Part shown: piece by piece, positions 45,297 through 54,240 of the stretch | How the letters are laid out: each line of letters opens with the position of its first letter | Position numbering within the stretch: the stretch's first letter is position 1 | Source of the DNA: Candidatus Aldehydirespirator sp. | GTDB taxonomy: Bacteria; Actinomycetota; Acidimicrobiia; Acidimicrobiales; Aldehydirespiratoraceae | Direction of reading: 5' to 3' | Length of the DNA: 64,000 bases | Assembly (NCBI GenBank): GCA_965220345.1 | Contig: OZ244822.1 | Coordinates: 2,059,935 to 2,123,934 of the forward strand | The notes under the pieces: model-generated | What the model was told of the DNA's origin: nothing | Database searches by the model: none | What the model saw: the letters and a program-made list of their open reading frames with translations, nothing else | Position numbers and translations under genes: made by a program

Positions 45297-45779
45297 TTAT
45301 TCCACATCAACTACAGTAACTTGCTGGCGACCAGCGGGAGAGTCAAACTCGACAGTGTCGCCTTTAGATGCACCCAGCAGAGCTTCACCCATCGGCGAGC
45401 CTGGAGACACCACCGTCACGTCATCTTGGCGCTCCTCAATCACACCTACCAAAAACCGTTCGGGCTCGTCATCATCGTCATCATCTTCGTAGGCAACCGA
45501 CACAATTGAGCCCAATATCACCCCCGAGCTGTCGCCGCCGGTTTCGGGGACGATGATCTCAGCGTCGGTCAGAATCCGGTTGAGATGAACGATGCGTCCT
45601 TCCATCTTGGCCTGCTCTTCTTTGGCGGCGTGATAGTCACCATTCTCTGACAAGTCTCCGAGCTTGCGAGCAGTTTCGATCTTGTCGGCGATCTCAATAC
45701 GACCGCGTGTGGACAGCTCATGCAGTTCGGCGCTCAAACGATCATGGGCAGCCTGCGAAAGTTGATGGGTATCTGGCAC
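45297..45779 (-). CDS. greA: Transcription elongation factor GreA
   Basis: LSAELHELSTRGRIEIADKIETARKLGDLSENGDYHAAKEEQ. Contains an unusual D6 acidic insertion (YEDDDDDDEPE). Confidence 0.92.
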   Translation of the reverse strand: MPDTHQLSQAAHDRLSAELHELSTRGRIEIADKIETARKLGDLSENGDYHAAKEEQAKMEGRIVHLNRILTDAEIIVPETGGDSSGVILGSIVSVAYEDDDDDDEPERFLVGVIEERQDDVTVVSPGSPMGEALLGASKGDTVEFDSPAGRQQVTVVDVE

Positions 45780-45814
45780 TACAACAACCTACCGTCACCA
45801 AGTTATGCTGCCGA

Positions 45815-46783
45815 ATGCCGCGTCGTGTTGGAGTCATAGGGGGCGACGGCATCGGCCCCGAAGTTGTAGCCGAAGGCCTAAAAGTAATAGCCGCATCTGG
45901 GGTGGCTCTGGAAGTCACCCATTACGACCTCGGTGGCACTCGTTATCTGCGTGACGGCACCGTGCTTGACGATGCCACTGTTGAAGAGTGGCGACATCTT
46001 GACGCGCTTTATATGGGTGCTGTCGGCACTCCCGCAGTTGCTCCTGGGATCATCGAGCGGGGTCTGCTGCTGAAAATGCGTTTCGAGCTTGACCTCTACA
46101 TCAACTACAGACCTTTCACAGCACCCGGTCATGACTTTGTGGTGATACGCGAAAACACCGAAGGCAGCTACACAGGCGAAGGCGGATTCCTGCGCCGCGG
46201 AACTCCTGATGAGATCGCTACTCAGGGATCGGTAAACACTCGTTACGGTGTCGAGCGAGCCGTTCGTTACGCCTTTGAACTCGCAGTCAAGCGACGCAAG
46301 CATCTGACGCTGGTTCACAAAACCAATGTGTTGACCTTCGCTGGTGATCTATGGGAACGCACTTTTAACGCAGTCGCAGAGGAATACAACGAAGTCACCA
46401 CCGCCTACAACCATGTAGACGCGGCCTGCATCTACTTTGTGGAAGACCCAGCCCGCTACGACGTGATAGTCACCGACAACCTTTTTGGTGACATCCTCAC
46501 CGATCTCGGGGGTGCAGTGTCAGGCGGTATCGGACTGGCACCCACAGCCAACCTGCATCCAGGGCGAGTATCAATGTTCGAACCAGTTCACGGCTCCGCG
46601 CCTGACATCGCTGGCACATGTCAAGCCAATCCGGTTGCGGCGGTGCTGTCGGGCGCGATGATGCTAGATCATCTAGGCGAGCCTGAAGCCGCCGAACGCA
46701 TCCGCAGGGCCTGCGAGCAGCCCGAGACTCTTACTGGCACTACCAGCGAAATAGGTGATGCCATAGTCGCACGGCTCGGTTAG
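45815..46783 (+). CDS. leuB: 3-isopropylmalate dehydrogenase
   Basis: MPRRVGVIGGDGIGPEVV and NLFGDILTDLG motifs. ATG 45815; the ORF-track start overlaps greA. Confidence 0.92.
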   Translation: MPRRVGVIGGDGIGPEVVAEGLKVIAASGVALEVTHYDLGGTRYLRDGTVLDDATVEEWRHLDALYMGAVGTPAVAPGIIERGLLLKMRFELDLYINYRPFTAPGHDFVVIRENTEGSYTGEGGFLRRGTPDEIATQGSVNTRYGVERAVRYAFELAVKRRKHLTLVHKTNVLTFAGDLWERTFNAVAEEYNEVTTAYNHVDAACIYFVEDPARYDVIVTDNLFGDILTDLGGAVSGGIGLAPTANLHPGRVSMFEPVHGSAPDIAGTCQANPVAAVLSGAMMLDHLGEPEAAERIRRACEQPETLTGTTSEIGDAIVARLG

Positions 46784-46808
46784 CGAACCCGATCAACAAT
46801 AGACTTTG

Positions 46809-46841
46809 TGACCACATTCACGGATTGATCACACTCACGGA
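46809..46841. repeat. Two 16-nt direct repeats at period 17 (TGACCACATTCACGGA / TGATCACACTCACGGA)
   Basis: 14 of 16 positions identical; 18 nt upstream of ilvE ATG 46859. Confidence 0.85.
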
Positions 46842-46858
46842 AAGCAGAAGCCAAGACC

Positions 46859-47779
46859 ATGCCTATCACTCCTAGCAAGCACATCTGGATGAACGGCGAG
46901 TTGGTCGCATGGGATGATGCCAAGGTCCATGTGCTCTCGCACACTCTGCATTACGGAATGGGAGTGTTTGAGGGCATTCGCACCTACGCCACCGACAACG
47001 GCCCGGCAGTGTTCAGGCTGACTGACCACATTGAGCGGCTCCACAACTCAGCCAAGATCTTGAACATGCCTCTGCCTTATTCGGTGCCTGAGATCGTTGA
47101 GGCCACCAAACTGGTGGTGCGCGACAGCGGTCTGCCTGAATGCTACGTGCGTCCCATTGCCTATTTTGGCTACGGCGAGATCGGGTTGTCGGTGGCCGAC
47201 TGCGTCACCGAGATGGCGATAGCTGTGTGGCCTTGGGGGGCGTATCTCGGTGATGACGCGCTCACCAAAGGCGTTCGCTTAAAGATCTCGTCATGGGCCC
47301 GCCATGATCACAACATCTTGCCGCCAGCTTCAAAGACCACCGGCAACTACGCCAACTCCACTCTGGCCAAAATGGAAGCCCTCAACGCTGGCTATGACGA
47401 AGCCATCATGTTGAACCGGGCTGGCATGGTGTCGGAATGCACAGGTGAGAACCTTTTCGTAGCTACTGAAGACCGGCTGATCACGCCTCCGTTGAGTTCG
47501 GGAGCGCTGCCAGGCATAACTCAAGACTCGGTGATCTCCATCGCCCGCGATATTGGTATTGATGTCACCGTCGGCGAACTCGCTCGCAGTGATCTGTACA
47601 TCGCTAAGGAAATGTTCGTGTGTGGCACAGCGGCCGAGGTCAGCGCAGTCAACTCGGTGGATGATCGCATGCTGACGTGTCCCGGTACGCGCACTTTGGC
47701 TATCGCTGAGGCCTACGCGGACGTGGTGCGAGGCCGCAACGACCGTTACAAGACCTGGAACGAGCATGTCCACGAGTAA
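46859..47779 (+). CDS. ilvE: Branched-chain amino acid aminotransferase
   Basis: IWMNGELV.WDDAKVHVLSHTLHYG.GVFEGIR class IV aminotransferase N-terminus. Confidence 0.92.
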   Translation: MPITPSKHIWMNGELVAWDDAKVHVLSHTLHYGMGVFEGIRTYATDNGPAVFRLTDHIERLHNSAKILNMPLPYSVPEIVEATKLVVRDSGLPECYVRPIAYFGYGEIGLSVADCVTEMAIAVWPWGAYLGDDALTKGVRLKISSWARHDHNILPPASKTTGNYANSTLAKMEALNAGYDEAIMLNRAGMVSECTGENLFVATEDRLITPPLSSGALPGITQDSVISIARDIGIDVTVGELARSDLYIAKEMFVCGTAAEVSAVNSVDDRMLTCPGTRTLAIAEAYADVVRGRNDRYKTWNEHVHE

Positions 47780-49388
47780 CAAACCGAAGCCGCAAAGGCA
47801 CAGGGTCGAGATCTATGACACCACCCTGCGCGACGGCACCCAGCTTGAGGGCATTTCGCTCACCGTTGATGACAAACTGCGCATCGCCGCAAAACTCGAT
47901 TATCTAGGCGTGGCCTACATCGAAGGGGGCTGGCCCGGGGCTAACCCCAAAGACGACGAGTTCTTCGCTCGTGCTAGTCAAGAACTCGACCTGAAAGTCA
48001 GCGAACTCGTTGCGTTCGGGTCCACCCGCAGAGCCAGAGGCAAAGTCGACTCTGATCAAGTGCTAGCCAACCTTGCAGGCGCGGGCACTTCAACGGTGTG
48101 TTTGGTGGGGAAGTGCTGGGACTATCACGTCACCGAAGCCTTGCAGACCACCTTGGATGAGGGCGTGGCCATGGTGGCTGACTCGGTGGCGTTCCTAGTA
48201 GCAGAAGGACGCAAAGTATTGTTCGACGCAGAGCATTTCTTTGACGGGTTTCGCGACAACCCCGAGTTCAGTTTGCGAGTGCTGGAAGCCGCGGCGATGG
48301 CCGGTGCCTCAACAGTGGTGCTGTGTGACACCAACGGTGGTGCCATGCCCGATGACATCTCAAAGGCTGTAGCTGCGGTTGCGGCTCATCTTGATTGTGA
48401 TGTGGGTGTGCATATGCATAACGACACCGGCTGTGGCGTAGCCAACGCTTTGGCGGCAGTGCAGGTCGGTGCAGTGCAAGTGCAAGGAACCATCAACGGC
48501 TACGGAGAGCGGGTCGGTAACTGTGATCTAGTTCCGATCATCGCCAATCTTGAGTTGAAGATGGGCATTCAAGCACTGCCCGAAGGTTGCCTTTCCCGAC
48601 TGACCTCGGTTTCGCATCATGTGGCAGAGTTGGTGAACTTCCCGATCAATCCGCAGCAGCCATACGTGGGTACCAGCGCTTTCGCTCACAAAGCCGGGCT
48701 ACATACCAGCGCTTTGAGCCGCCGCCCCGACGCTTATGAGCATGTCTCACCAGAGCTAGTCGGCAACGGTACCAGGGTGCTGGTTTCAGAGATGGCTGGC
48801 CGTTCGACTTTGGAGATGCGTTCTTCTGAGCTTGGTCTGGATCTTGACGGTGCGGTGCTAGGAGAGGTGATCGACACGCTCAAACATCTTGAACATGCCG
48901 GCTACCATTTCGAGGCGGCTGATGCTTCGCTCGAGTTGTTGATGCGTGGTGCGGCTGGCTGGGAGCAGCCTTTCTTCAAGCTCGAATCTTTCCGCGTGTC
49001 GATGGATCACCGTTCCGGTACAGGTGCCCGAGCTTGGAACGATGTGTCGGTTGATGTGGACACTGAAGCAACCGTCAAGCTTTGGGTTGATGGCAGCCGA
49101 AGGGTGGCCGTGGGGGAAGGCAACGGGCCGGTCAACGCATTGGACACAGCACTGCGAGCGGCTTTGGCTGACCGTTATCCAGCGCTTGACAATATTGCAC
49201 TGGCTGACTACAAGGTTCGCGTGCTTGATACCCAGAAAGGCACAGGTGCAATCACACGGGTGTTGATCGACTCGACGGACCATCGCAAAATGTGGACCAC
49301 TATCGGTGTGTCTGAGAACATAATCGAAGCATCATGGCAGGCACTCGCCGATTCGGTGGTCTACGGCCTGCTTCACACCTCCGACTGA
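47766..49388 (+). CDS. cimA: (R)-citramalate synthase / LeuA-family synthase
   Basis: VEIYDTTLRDGTQLEGISLTVDDKLRIAAKLDYLGVAYIEGGWPGANPKDDEFF. The 540-aa length is typical of the CimA type. Confidence 0.85.
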   Translation: MSTSNKPKPQRHRVEIYDTTLRDGTQLEGISLTVDDKLRIAAKLDYLGVAYIEGGWPGANPKDDEFFARASQELDLKVSELVAFGSTRRARGKVDSDQVLANLAGAGTSTVCLVGKCWDYHVTEALQTTLDEGVAMVADSVAFLVAEGRKVLFDAEHFFDGFRDNPEFSLRVLEAAAMAGASTVVLCDTNGGAMPDDISKAVAAVAAHLDCDVGVHMHNDTGCGVANALAAVQVGAVQVQGTINGYGERVGNCDLVPIIANLELKMGIQALPEGCLSRLTSVSHHVAELVNFPINPQQPYVGTSAFAHKAGLHTSALSRRPDAYEHVSPELVGNGTRVLVSEMAGRSTLEMRSSELGLDLDGAVLGEVIDTLKHLEHAGYHFEAADASLELLMRGAAGWEQPFFKLESFRVSMDHRSGTGARAWNDVSVDVDTEATVKLWVDGSRRVAVGEGNGPVNALDTALRAALADRYPALDNIALADYKVRVLDTQKGTGAITRVLIDSTDHRKMWTTIGVSENIIEASWQALADSVVYGLLHTSD

Positions 49389-49420
49389 ACCCTCCAGCCA
49401 CTATGCATTTGTGTATCTGT

Positions 49421-49657
49421 TCAAACCGACTTTGTCACAATGATCCGCCCGACCTCGGATTCCTGCACATCGAACCAGAAAGCGATGGCTGATCGCGCCT
49501 CGCTCTCCACATCGTCATAGTGCCGTGTCTGAGCGAACACGGTTTCGAGTTCGTCGACGGTGATTCCCCACCAGCCGTCTCCCTGAGTTGCTCGAACATG
49601 GTAGGTGTCACTCGGAATGGCATCTACGACTTGGATCTTGGTCACCGTGTTCGTCAT
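49421..49657 (-). CDS. HicB-like (UPF0150-type) small protein
   Basis: ...YHVRATQGDGWWGITVDELETVFAQTRHYDDVESEARSAIAFWFDV is the HicB N-domain pattern. Start ATG 49657 or 49672. Confidence 0.5.
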   Translation of the reverse strand: MTNTVTKIQVVDAIPSDTYHVRATQGDGWWGITVDELETVFAQTRHYDDVESEARSAIAFWFDVQESEVGRIIVTKSV

Positions 49658-49749
49658 GCCTGTTCGTAGCATAGCTATGGATTTTGTGTCTGCTCGCCAA
49701 TCTGAGGCTCTGCTTGGCGGGATGATTTCAGGTCTGTAGCATCTCGGCT

Positions 49750-50268
49750 GTGGCTGCTCCGTCCTATGTTCCGTCAGCGGTGGCTGCTCCGACGCTTTAC
49801 AGATCGCCGCCACGAAGGCTAGGATCGTGGCAAGCCCAGCGTCCAGGCGAAGTGGTTGGTGCTCCCCTTGATGAGGGCAGCGGTTTCGGTAACCAGGGTC
49901 CAGATCAGGGTTACGTATTGAAACTGGCGCAACGCTTCACAGGTCAGCTTCATCTGAGTGCTGGGGAGCATGAAAATGACGCTTTGGCCGGTTGTGCGGC
50001 GGTAGCGCTGCGACGGGCATCAATGTTCGGACGGGCACCAGTGATGCATGACTTGCGAGTGGCGTTGGAGCTGTTCGGCTTTCTGGGTGAAGCCAACCCA
50101 GAACTGCTGGCTTGGCGACAGCAACATTTCGCTGGCGCAGCCGGGCATCACGGCTATCACGTCAAGCGGCACCTAGCAGACCTAGTGCCAGCTGAAATGC
50201 TGCGCCGCACACCAGAAGTGGCAGCAGCCGCCCGTGCTAAGGACTGGCGTTCAGCTCTAGGCCTCTAG
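49750..50268 (+). CDS. Conserved hypothetical protein; start uncertain
   Basis: Coding-like ORF. GNQGPDQGYVLKLAQRF... resembles a conserved actinobacterial hypothetical (from memory). The true start is probably downstream of 49750. Confidence 0.45.
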   Translation: MAAPSYVPSAVAAPTLYRSPPRRLGSWQAQRPGEVVGAPLDEGSGFGNQGPDQGYVLKLAQRFTGQLHLSAGEHENDALAGCAAVALRRASMFGRAPVMHDLRVALELFGFLGEANPELLAWRQQHFAGAAGHHGYHVKRHLADLVPAEMLRRTPEVAAAARAKDWRSALGL

Positions 50269-50367
50269 TTTGTTTCGTCCGCAAGTGTTTGTGTGCTATC
50301 GGACTGTATGTTCTGATGGTATTCAGGTGCTGTAGTGCCGTTATGAAGGCAAGGTTAGGATGCTTCG

Positions 50368-50607
50368 GTGGCAATCCCAGTGTCACAGTTCCCAGCGCTC
50401 AAGACATCGAAGGTGCTCAGGATCCTAGCTGCAATAGGTTACGAACAGCGGCGGCGCAGCGGCTCGCATCGAATCCTCGTCTGCGCTGGACGTGAAACCA
50501 TCATCTTTGCGTTCCATGATGGCGCGGAGGTGCCGCCAGCCGCTCTGCGTCACATGCTCATGAACCGTGCCGGATTGTCCGATGCTGAAATCCTTCGCGT
50601 AATATGA
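50368..50607 (+). CDS. hicA: HicA-family toxin (YcfA-like mRNA interferase)
   Basis: LKTSKVLRILAAIGYEQRRRSGSHRIL is the HicA dsRBD-like core with the GSH motif. ATGA overlap with the downstream gene. Confidence 0.7.
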   Translation: MAIPVSQFPALKTSKVLRILAAIGYEQRRRSGSHRILVCAGRETIIFAFHDGAEVPPAALRHMLMNRAGLSDAEILRVI

Positions 50608-50915
50608 CTACAACATCAAAAGATCAGGGAGACAATTGGATGCACCAAGTGCGGGTTCATATGAACTCTGGTGAGGGCACCTTGTGGTGGGCAGAAGACG
50701 ACCGTGGATTTACAGGAGGAGCTGACACGCTCGCCGAGTTGGTTGCGTCCATTCACGAATGGTCCGATTCTGAAGGCACGCGTGAAGAATTGGAGTTCGT
50801 ACTTGTTGGCGACCCAGTGTCACCGCACCCAGAGGTAGAGTCCTGGCCGTCGCTGCAGCCGACGAGTGCAGGTTTGCGCGTTGTTAGCGTGGGGTCTGTC
50901 TTGGTGTCCGCGTAA
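50604..50915 (+). CDS. HicB-like antitoxin partner
   Basis: Translationally coupled to hicA. VHMNSGEGTLWWAEDDRGFTGGADTLAELVASIHEW fits the HicB N-domain pattern. No DNA-binding domain seen. Confidence 0.55.
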   Translation: MTTTSKDQGDNWMHQVRVHMNSGEGTLWWAEDDRGFTGGADTLAELVASIHEWSDSEGTREELEFVLVGDPVSPHPEVESWPSLQPTSAGLRVVSVGSVLVSA

Positions 50916-50924
50916 GGCGTTTCA

Positions 50925-51350
50925 GTGCAGATTCGCTCGGCGACTCTTTGCGACTTTGCCCAGGTACGGGACGGACTGCTGTCGGTTGTCTCTGCAAGCA
51001 TCACCAGAGTTTGGCGTGATCAGTACCCCAGTCAGATGGGCATCATGCTTGCAATCATCCTTGAAGTCGTCCAGAGTGAGGCTCAAGCACCTCAGGAGGT
51101 GAGGGTCAGGGTTGAGGACGCTGACGGAGCAAGACTTGCCGAGGCTTCCTCGGGTTTTCAGATTCACCCGCCGCTGCCTTCTCTGGATCCTGGCGAGGCG
51201 ATGTTGATGCCTGCGGCATACGACTTTCGGTCTGTGGCTCTACCGGCTGCTGGCCGCTATCAAGTTGTGGTTGATCCTATGACTGATGGCGCAGAGCCAG
51301 TTGCACTAGCTTTTCGGGCCGGATTTCTGAGCGAACTCGCCTCCGCATGA
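50925..51350 (+). CDS. Hypothetical protein (DUF6941-like, tentative)
   Basis: 141-aa ORF, GTG start. N-terminus ATLCDFAQVRDGLLSVV. Confidence 0.4.
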   Translation: MQIRSATLCDFAQVRDGLLSVVSASITRVWRDQYPSQMGIMLAIILEVVQSEAQAPQEVRVRVEDADGARLAEASSGFQIHPPLPSLDPGEAMLMPAAYDFRSVALPAAGRYQVVVDPMTDGAEPVALAFRAGFLSELASA

Positions 51351-51362
51351 AGTGCTCCAGAT

Positions 51363-51911
51363 TTATGCTGTTTCGGTTTTGATAACGAGGGTTCTGCCAG
51401 CCATGTCGTGCCAACCCTGCTTGCGCTTGTTCCACAGCAGTGAGGCCCATACAAGCAAGCCCGGGAGAACAAGAAAAACAAAACCGACAATTGGAATCGC
51501 CCAACGTATGGCTGCTTGCCCCCAGCTGGGGAGATAGCCGTTGCTGGCTCTGACAATCTTGATACGCAAGATCATTTTGCCAGGTGTCTGCCCCTTAAGG
51601 GCGGTGAATACGATCTCGTAGACGGCGGCAAGCAGCAAAGGCAGAACTTGGTTTTCTGATACGCCCAAGACGCCCAAGATGATCGAAAAGGAGATAAAGA
51701 GGATCACTATGTCCACAAGCCTGGCGACCAAACGACGCCAAGGCTCTGCGAGTTGCAGGGTTTCACCCGTGTCCAAAGTCACCGAACCGTTAGATACCTC
51801 ACTTCCTGCACCCATAGCTGGGGGAGGTGGCGGCATGCTTGAGAAGTCCGAATCATCGGGTGGGGGAGGGGGCATGTTCGACATGGGATTGCTCCTGAAG
51901 TTTGACGACAT
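51363..51911 (-). CDS. RDD-family membrane protein
   Basis: Pro-rich N-terminus, then PWRRLVARLVDIVILFI (the RDD-type motif) and TM segments. Confidence 0.7.
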   Translation of the reverse strand: MSSNFRSNPMSNMPPPPPDDSDFSSMPPPPPAMGAGSEVSNGSVTLDTGETLQLAEPWRRLVARLVDIVILFISFSIILGVLGVSENQVLPLLLAAVYEIVFTALKGQTPGKMILRIKIVRASNGYLPSWGQAAIRWAIPIVGFVFLVLPGLLVWASLLWNKRKQGWHDMAGRTLVIKTETA

Positions 51912-51990
51912 ATTACGGTTTCAACCCTAGCCCAAGGGTGTGACACGACACTGCAATGTTGAAGCGGTGTTGCTTGCGTATGATCGACAG

Positions 51991-53484
51991 GTGACTACGC
52001 CACGGGTTCGTTTCGCACCTGCACCTACCGGGTTCTTGCATGTTGGCAGCGCCCGAACTGCGCTGTTCAACTGGCTGTTCGCGCGACATCACGGCGGCGA
52101 GATGGTGCTTCGAATCGAAGACACCGATGCCGCGCTCAAAACCCAGCAGTATGTGGATGCCATCATTGATCCTTTGCGATGGCTGGGTCTCGACTGGGAC
52201 GAGGGCCCACATTTTCAGTCAGCGCGCAGCGGCACCCACCAAGCCGCGCTGAAGCAACTACTAGACCAGGGCGCTGCCTACTTCTGTGACTTGACCCGCG
52301 ACGATATTGAGCAACGCTGCCAGCAGGCGGATTTGCCGGTCGGTTATCACGGATGGTCACGTGACCGCAATGTGGCAGACGGACCAGGTGTGGTGGTTCG
52401 GTTCCGATGCCCCGATCAAGGCGAGACCGTCGTCAATGACGCAGTGCGGGGCAAGGTGAGTTTCCCCAATGATTCGTTAGAGGATTTCGTGATCCGCCGC
52501 GGCGACGGTTCGGTCACGTTTCATCTCGCTAACGCAGTCGATGACCATAACATGGCGATCAGCCATGTGATCCGCGGCGAAGATCTGCTCAATACCACTC
52601 CGAGGGTGCTGCTGCTCTGGCAGGCTCTTAACTATGGTGAGGCACCGCCGCGCTATGCACATCTGCCTCTGCTAGTTAACGCAAAGCGCCAGAAGCTGGC
52701 GAAGCGGCGCGATGATGTTTCACTGGACAGCTACCGCCAACGGGGCTACCTGCCTGAAGCGATGGTCAACTATTTGGCACTGCTGGGTTGGGGAGCGCCT
52801 GATGAGGTAGAGATTCGGCCGCTAGATGAGATCGTAGAACTGTTCGATCTTGACGCAGTCAAGGCAGCCCCCGCCTTCTTTGACCCGGTCCGTCTTGATC
52901 ACATCAACTCCGTCTACGTAAAGGCGCTAACCCCATCGCAGTTCGCAGATCGTGCTTTGCCACATATCTGCGGAACTGCGGGCAGTAACGCAGCCGATGC
53001 AGCCGATACCCCTGAAGCTGTTGGCACAGTCGAAACGACTCCTGTAGCCGATGTGGCTTGCAAGGCGGATCAGCAGCGTGTGCGTGAGGTACTGCTGCGG
53101 CTCGCAAGCGACTTGCAGCAGCGGATAGCAGTGCTGTCTGACGCTTGGCAATGGATCGACTGGATCTTGTGCGATGAGGTCAGCTACGACGATAAGGCCT
53201 GGCAGAAGTCGATTGTGAAGGGACAAGCCGCAGCTGAAGTGCTAGAAGCCGTGGAAACACGCCTCGCCGAAGACGACTTCACCTCGACTGAGCGGCTAGA
53301 GGCCATAGTCATGAGTGTCGGCGATGAACTAAGCGACAGACTTGGTGTGCGAGTGCGCTCGCAGGCACCAGTGCGAGTGGCGGTCAGTGGCAGAGCAGCC
53401 GGTCTGCCGCTTTGGCTGCCGCTGCAACTTCTCGGCAAGGACGAAGTGCTAGATCGGTTGCACAAAGCACGCGCAAAATTATAG
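51991..53484 (+). CDS. gltX: Glutamate--tRNA ligase
   Basis: VRFAPAPTGFLHVGSARTALFNW (HIGH region). GTG 51991 fits the usual N-terminus. Confidence 0.92.
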   Translation: MTTPRVRFAPAPTGFLHVGSARTALFNWLFARHHGGEMVLRIEDTDAALKTQQYVDAIIDPLRWLGLDWDEGPHFQSARSGTHQAALKQLLDQGAAYFCDLTRDDIEQRCQQADLPVGYHGWSRDRNVADGPGVVVRFRCPDQGETVVNDAVRGKVSFPNDSLEDFVIRRGDGSVTFHLANAVDDHNMAISHVIRGEDLLNTTPRVLLLWQALNYGEAPPRYAHLPLLVNAKRQKLAKRRDDVSLDSYRQRGYLPEAMVNYLALLGWGAPDEVEIRPLDEIVELFDLDAVKAAPAFFDPVRLDHINSVYVKALTPSQFADRALPHICGTAGSNAADAADTPEAVGTVETTPVADVACKADQQRVREVLLRLASDLQQRIAVLSDAWQWIDWILCDEVSYDDKAWQKSIVKGQAAAEVLEAVETRLAEDDFTSTERLEAIVMSVGDELSDRLGVRVRSQAPVRVAVSGRAAGLPLWLPLQLLGKDEVLDRLHKARAKL

Positions 53485-53490
53485 CACAAG

Positions 53491-53519
53491 TTGTTTTATA
53501 GTATTTGCGTATATATCAT
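53491..53519 (+). promoter_or_regulatory. Candidate promoter giving a leaderless M23-peptidase mRNA
   Basis: TTGTTT (53491-53496), 17 nt spacer, TATCAT (53514-53519). ATG 53526 lies 7 nt after the -10 element. Confidence 0.3.
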
Positions 53520-53525
53520 GCAAAT

Positions 53526-54044
53526 ATGGTTAAGTCAAACCTAGTCAAAATTATTCCTAGCACCAGAATTGCGACAGCACTGATCGCTGTGAGCGTCGTG
53601 AGTTTTGTTTTGACTCTCACCGCAGCATCTGCCGGAGGCTTAGAAACGCACTATCAGCCCCCAGTGATGCGTCCACCGGTTGATGCGCCTGTGTCAGATC
53701 CGTTCCGAATGCCCGAAAACTCTTACGGTCCCGGCAATCGCGGCATCGAATACGACACCGACCCAGGGCAAGTAGTCAGAGCCGCGGCTGCAGGTGTCGT
53801 TCAGTTTGCGGGTGCCGTAGCTGGAGCGTTGCATGTGACAGTAGACCACGGCAACGGGTTGCGTAGCAGCTACTCATATTTGCAGCGCATTAGTGTGCGT
53901 CAAGGGGCTTCGGTCGTCCGTGGCTCTGTAGTGGGTATCACTGGAGAGCGGCTGCATTTCGGGGTGCGCCGCAACGACGACTATCACGATCCGGCGCACT
54001 ACATCGGCGTGAAACGAGTGAGGGTGCGCCTAGTAGCTTTCTGA
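53526..54044 (+). CDS. M23-family metallopeptidase with N-terminal membrane anchor/signal
   Basis: GNRGIEYDT (HxxxD-equivalent region), VDHGNGLRSSYSYL, LHFGVRRN. Confidence 0.8.
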   Translation: MVKSNLVKIIPSTRIATALIAVSVVSFVLTLTAASAGGLETHYQPPVMRPPVDAPVSDPFRMPENSYGPGNRGIEYDTDPGQVVRAAAAGVVQFAGAVAGALHVTVDHGNGLRSSYSYLQRISVRQGASVVRGSVVGITGERLHFGVRRNDDYHDPAHYIGVKRVRVRLVAF

Positions 54045-54240
54045 ACACGGACCAATGCGAAGTTGCTTAGTCTTGTCATGCAGGCGCGCGGTAAGGCTTC
54101 AGCGCTCTTAGACTGACTCGCTGACCCTTAGGGTCCGACGACATCAAGTGGTGCCGCCGAATCATTTCGCAACCCGCGCCTTCACCCGGTCGTTTCGGCG
54201 TCCGGCGCGGGCCACGCAGAACCGGGAGAAACACATAGTC

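Noticed and set aside
45047-45492. Plus-strand ORFs of 61-132 aa downstream of vapC
   Set aside because: They have a Pro/Ser/Thr/Arg-rich composition and overlap greA in antisense. Only a short minus-strand TM ORF in this region is kept, at low confidence.
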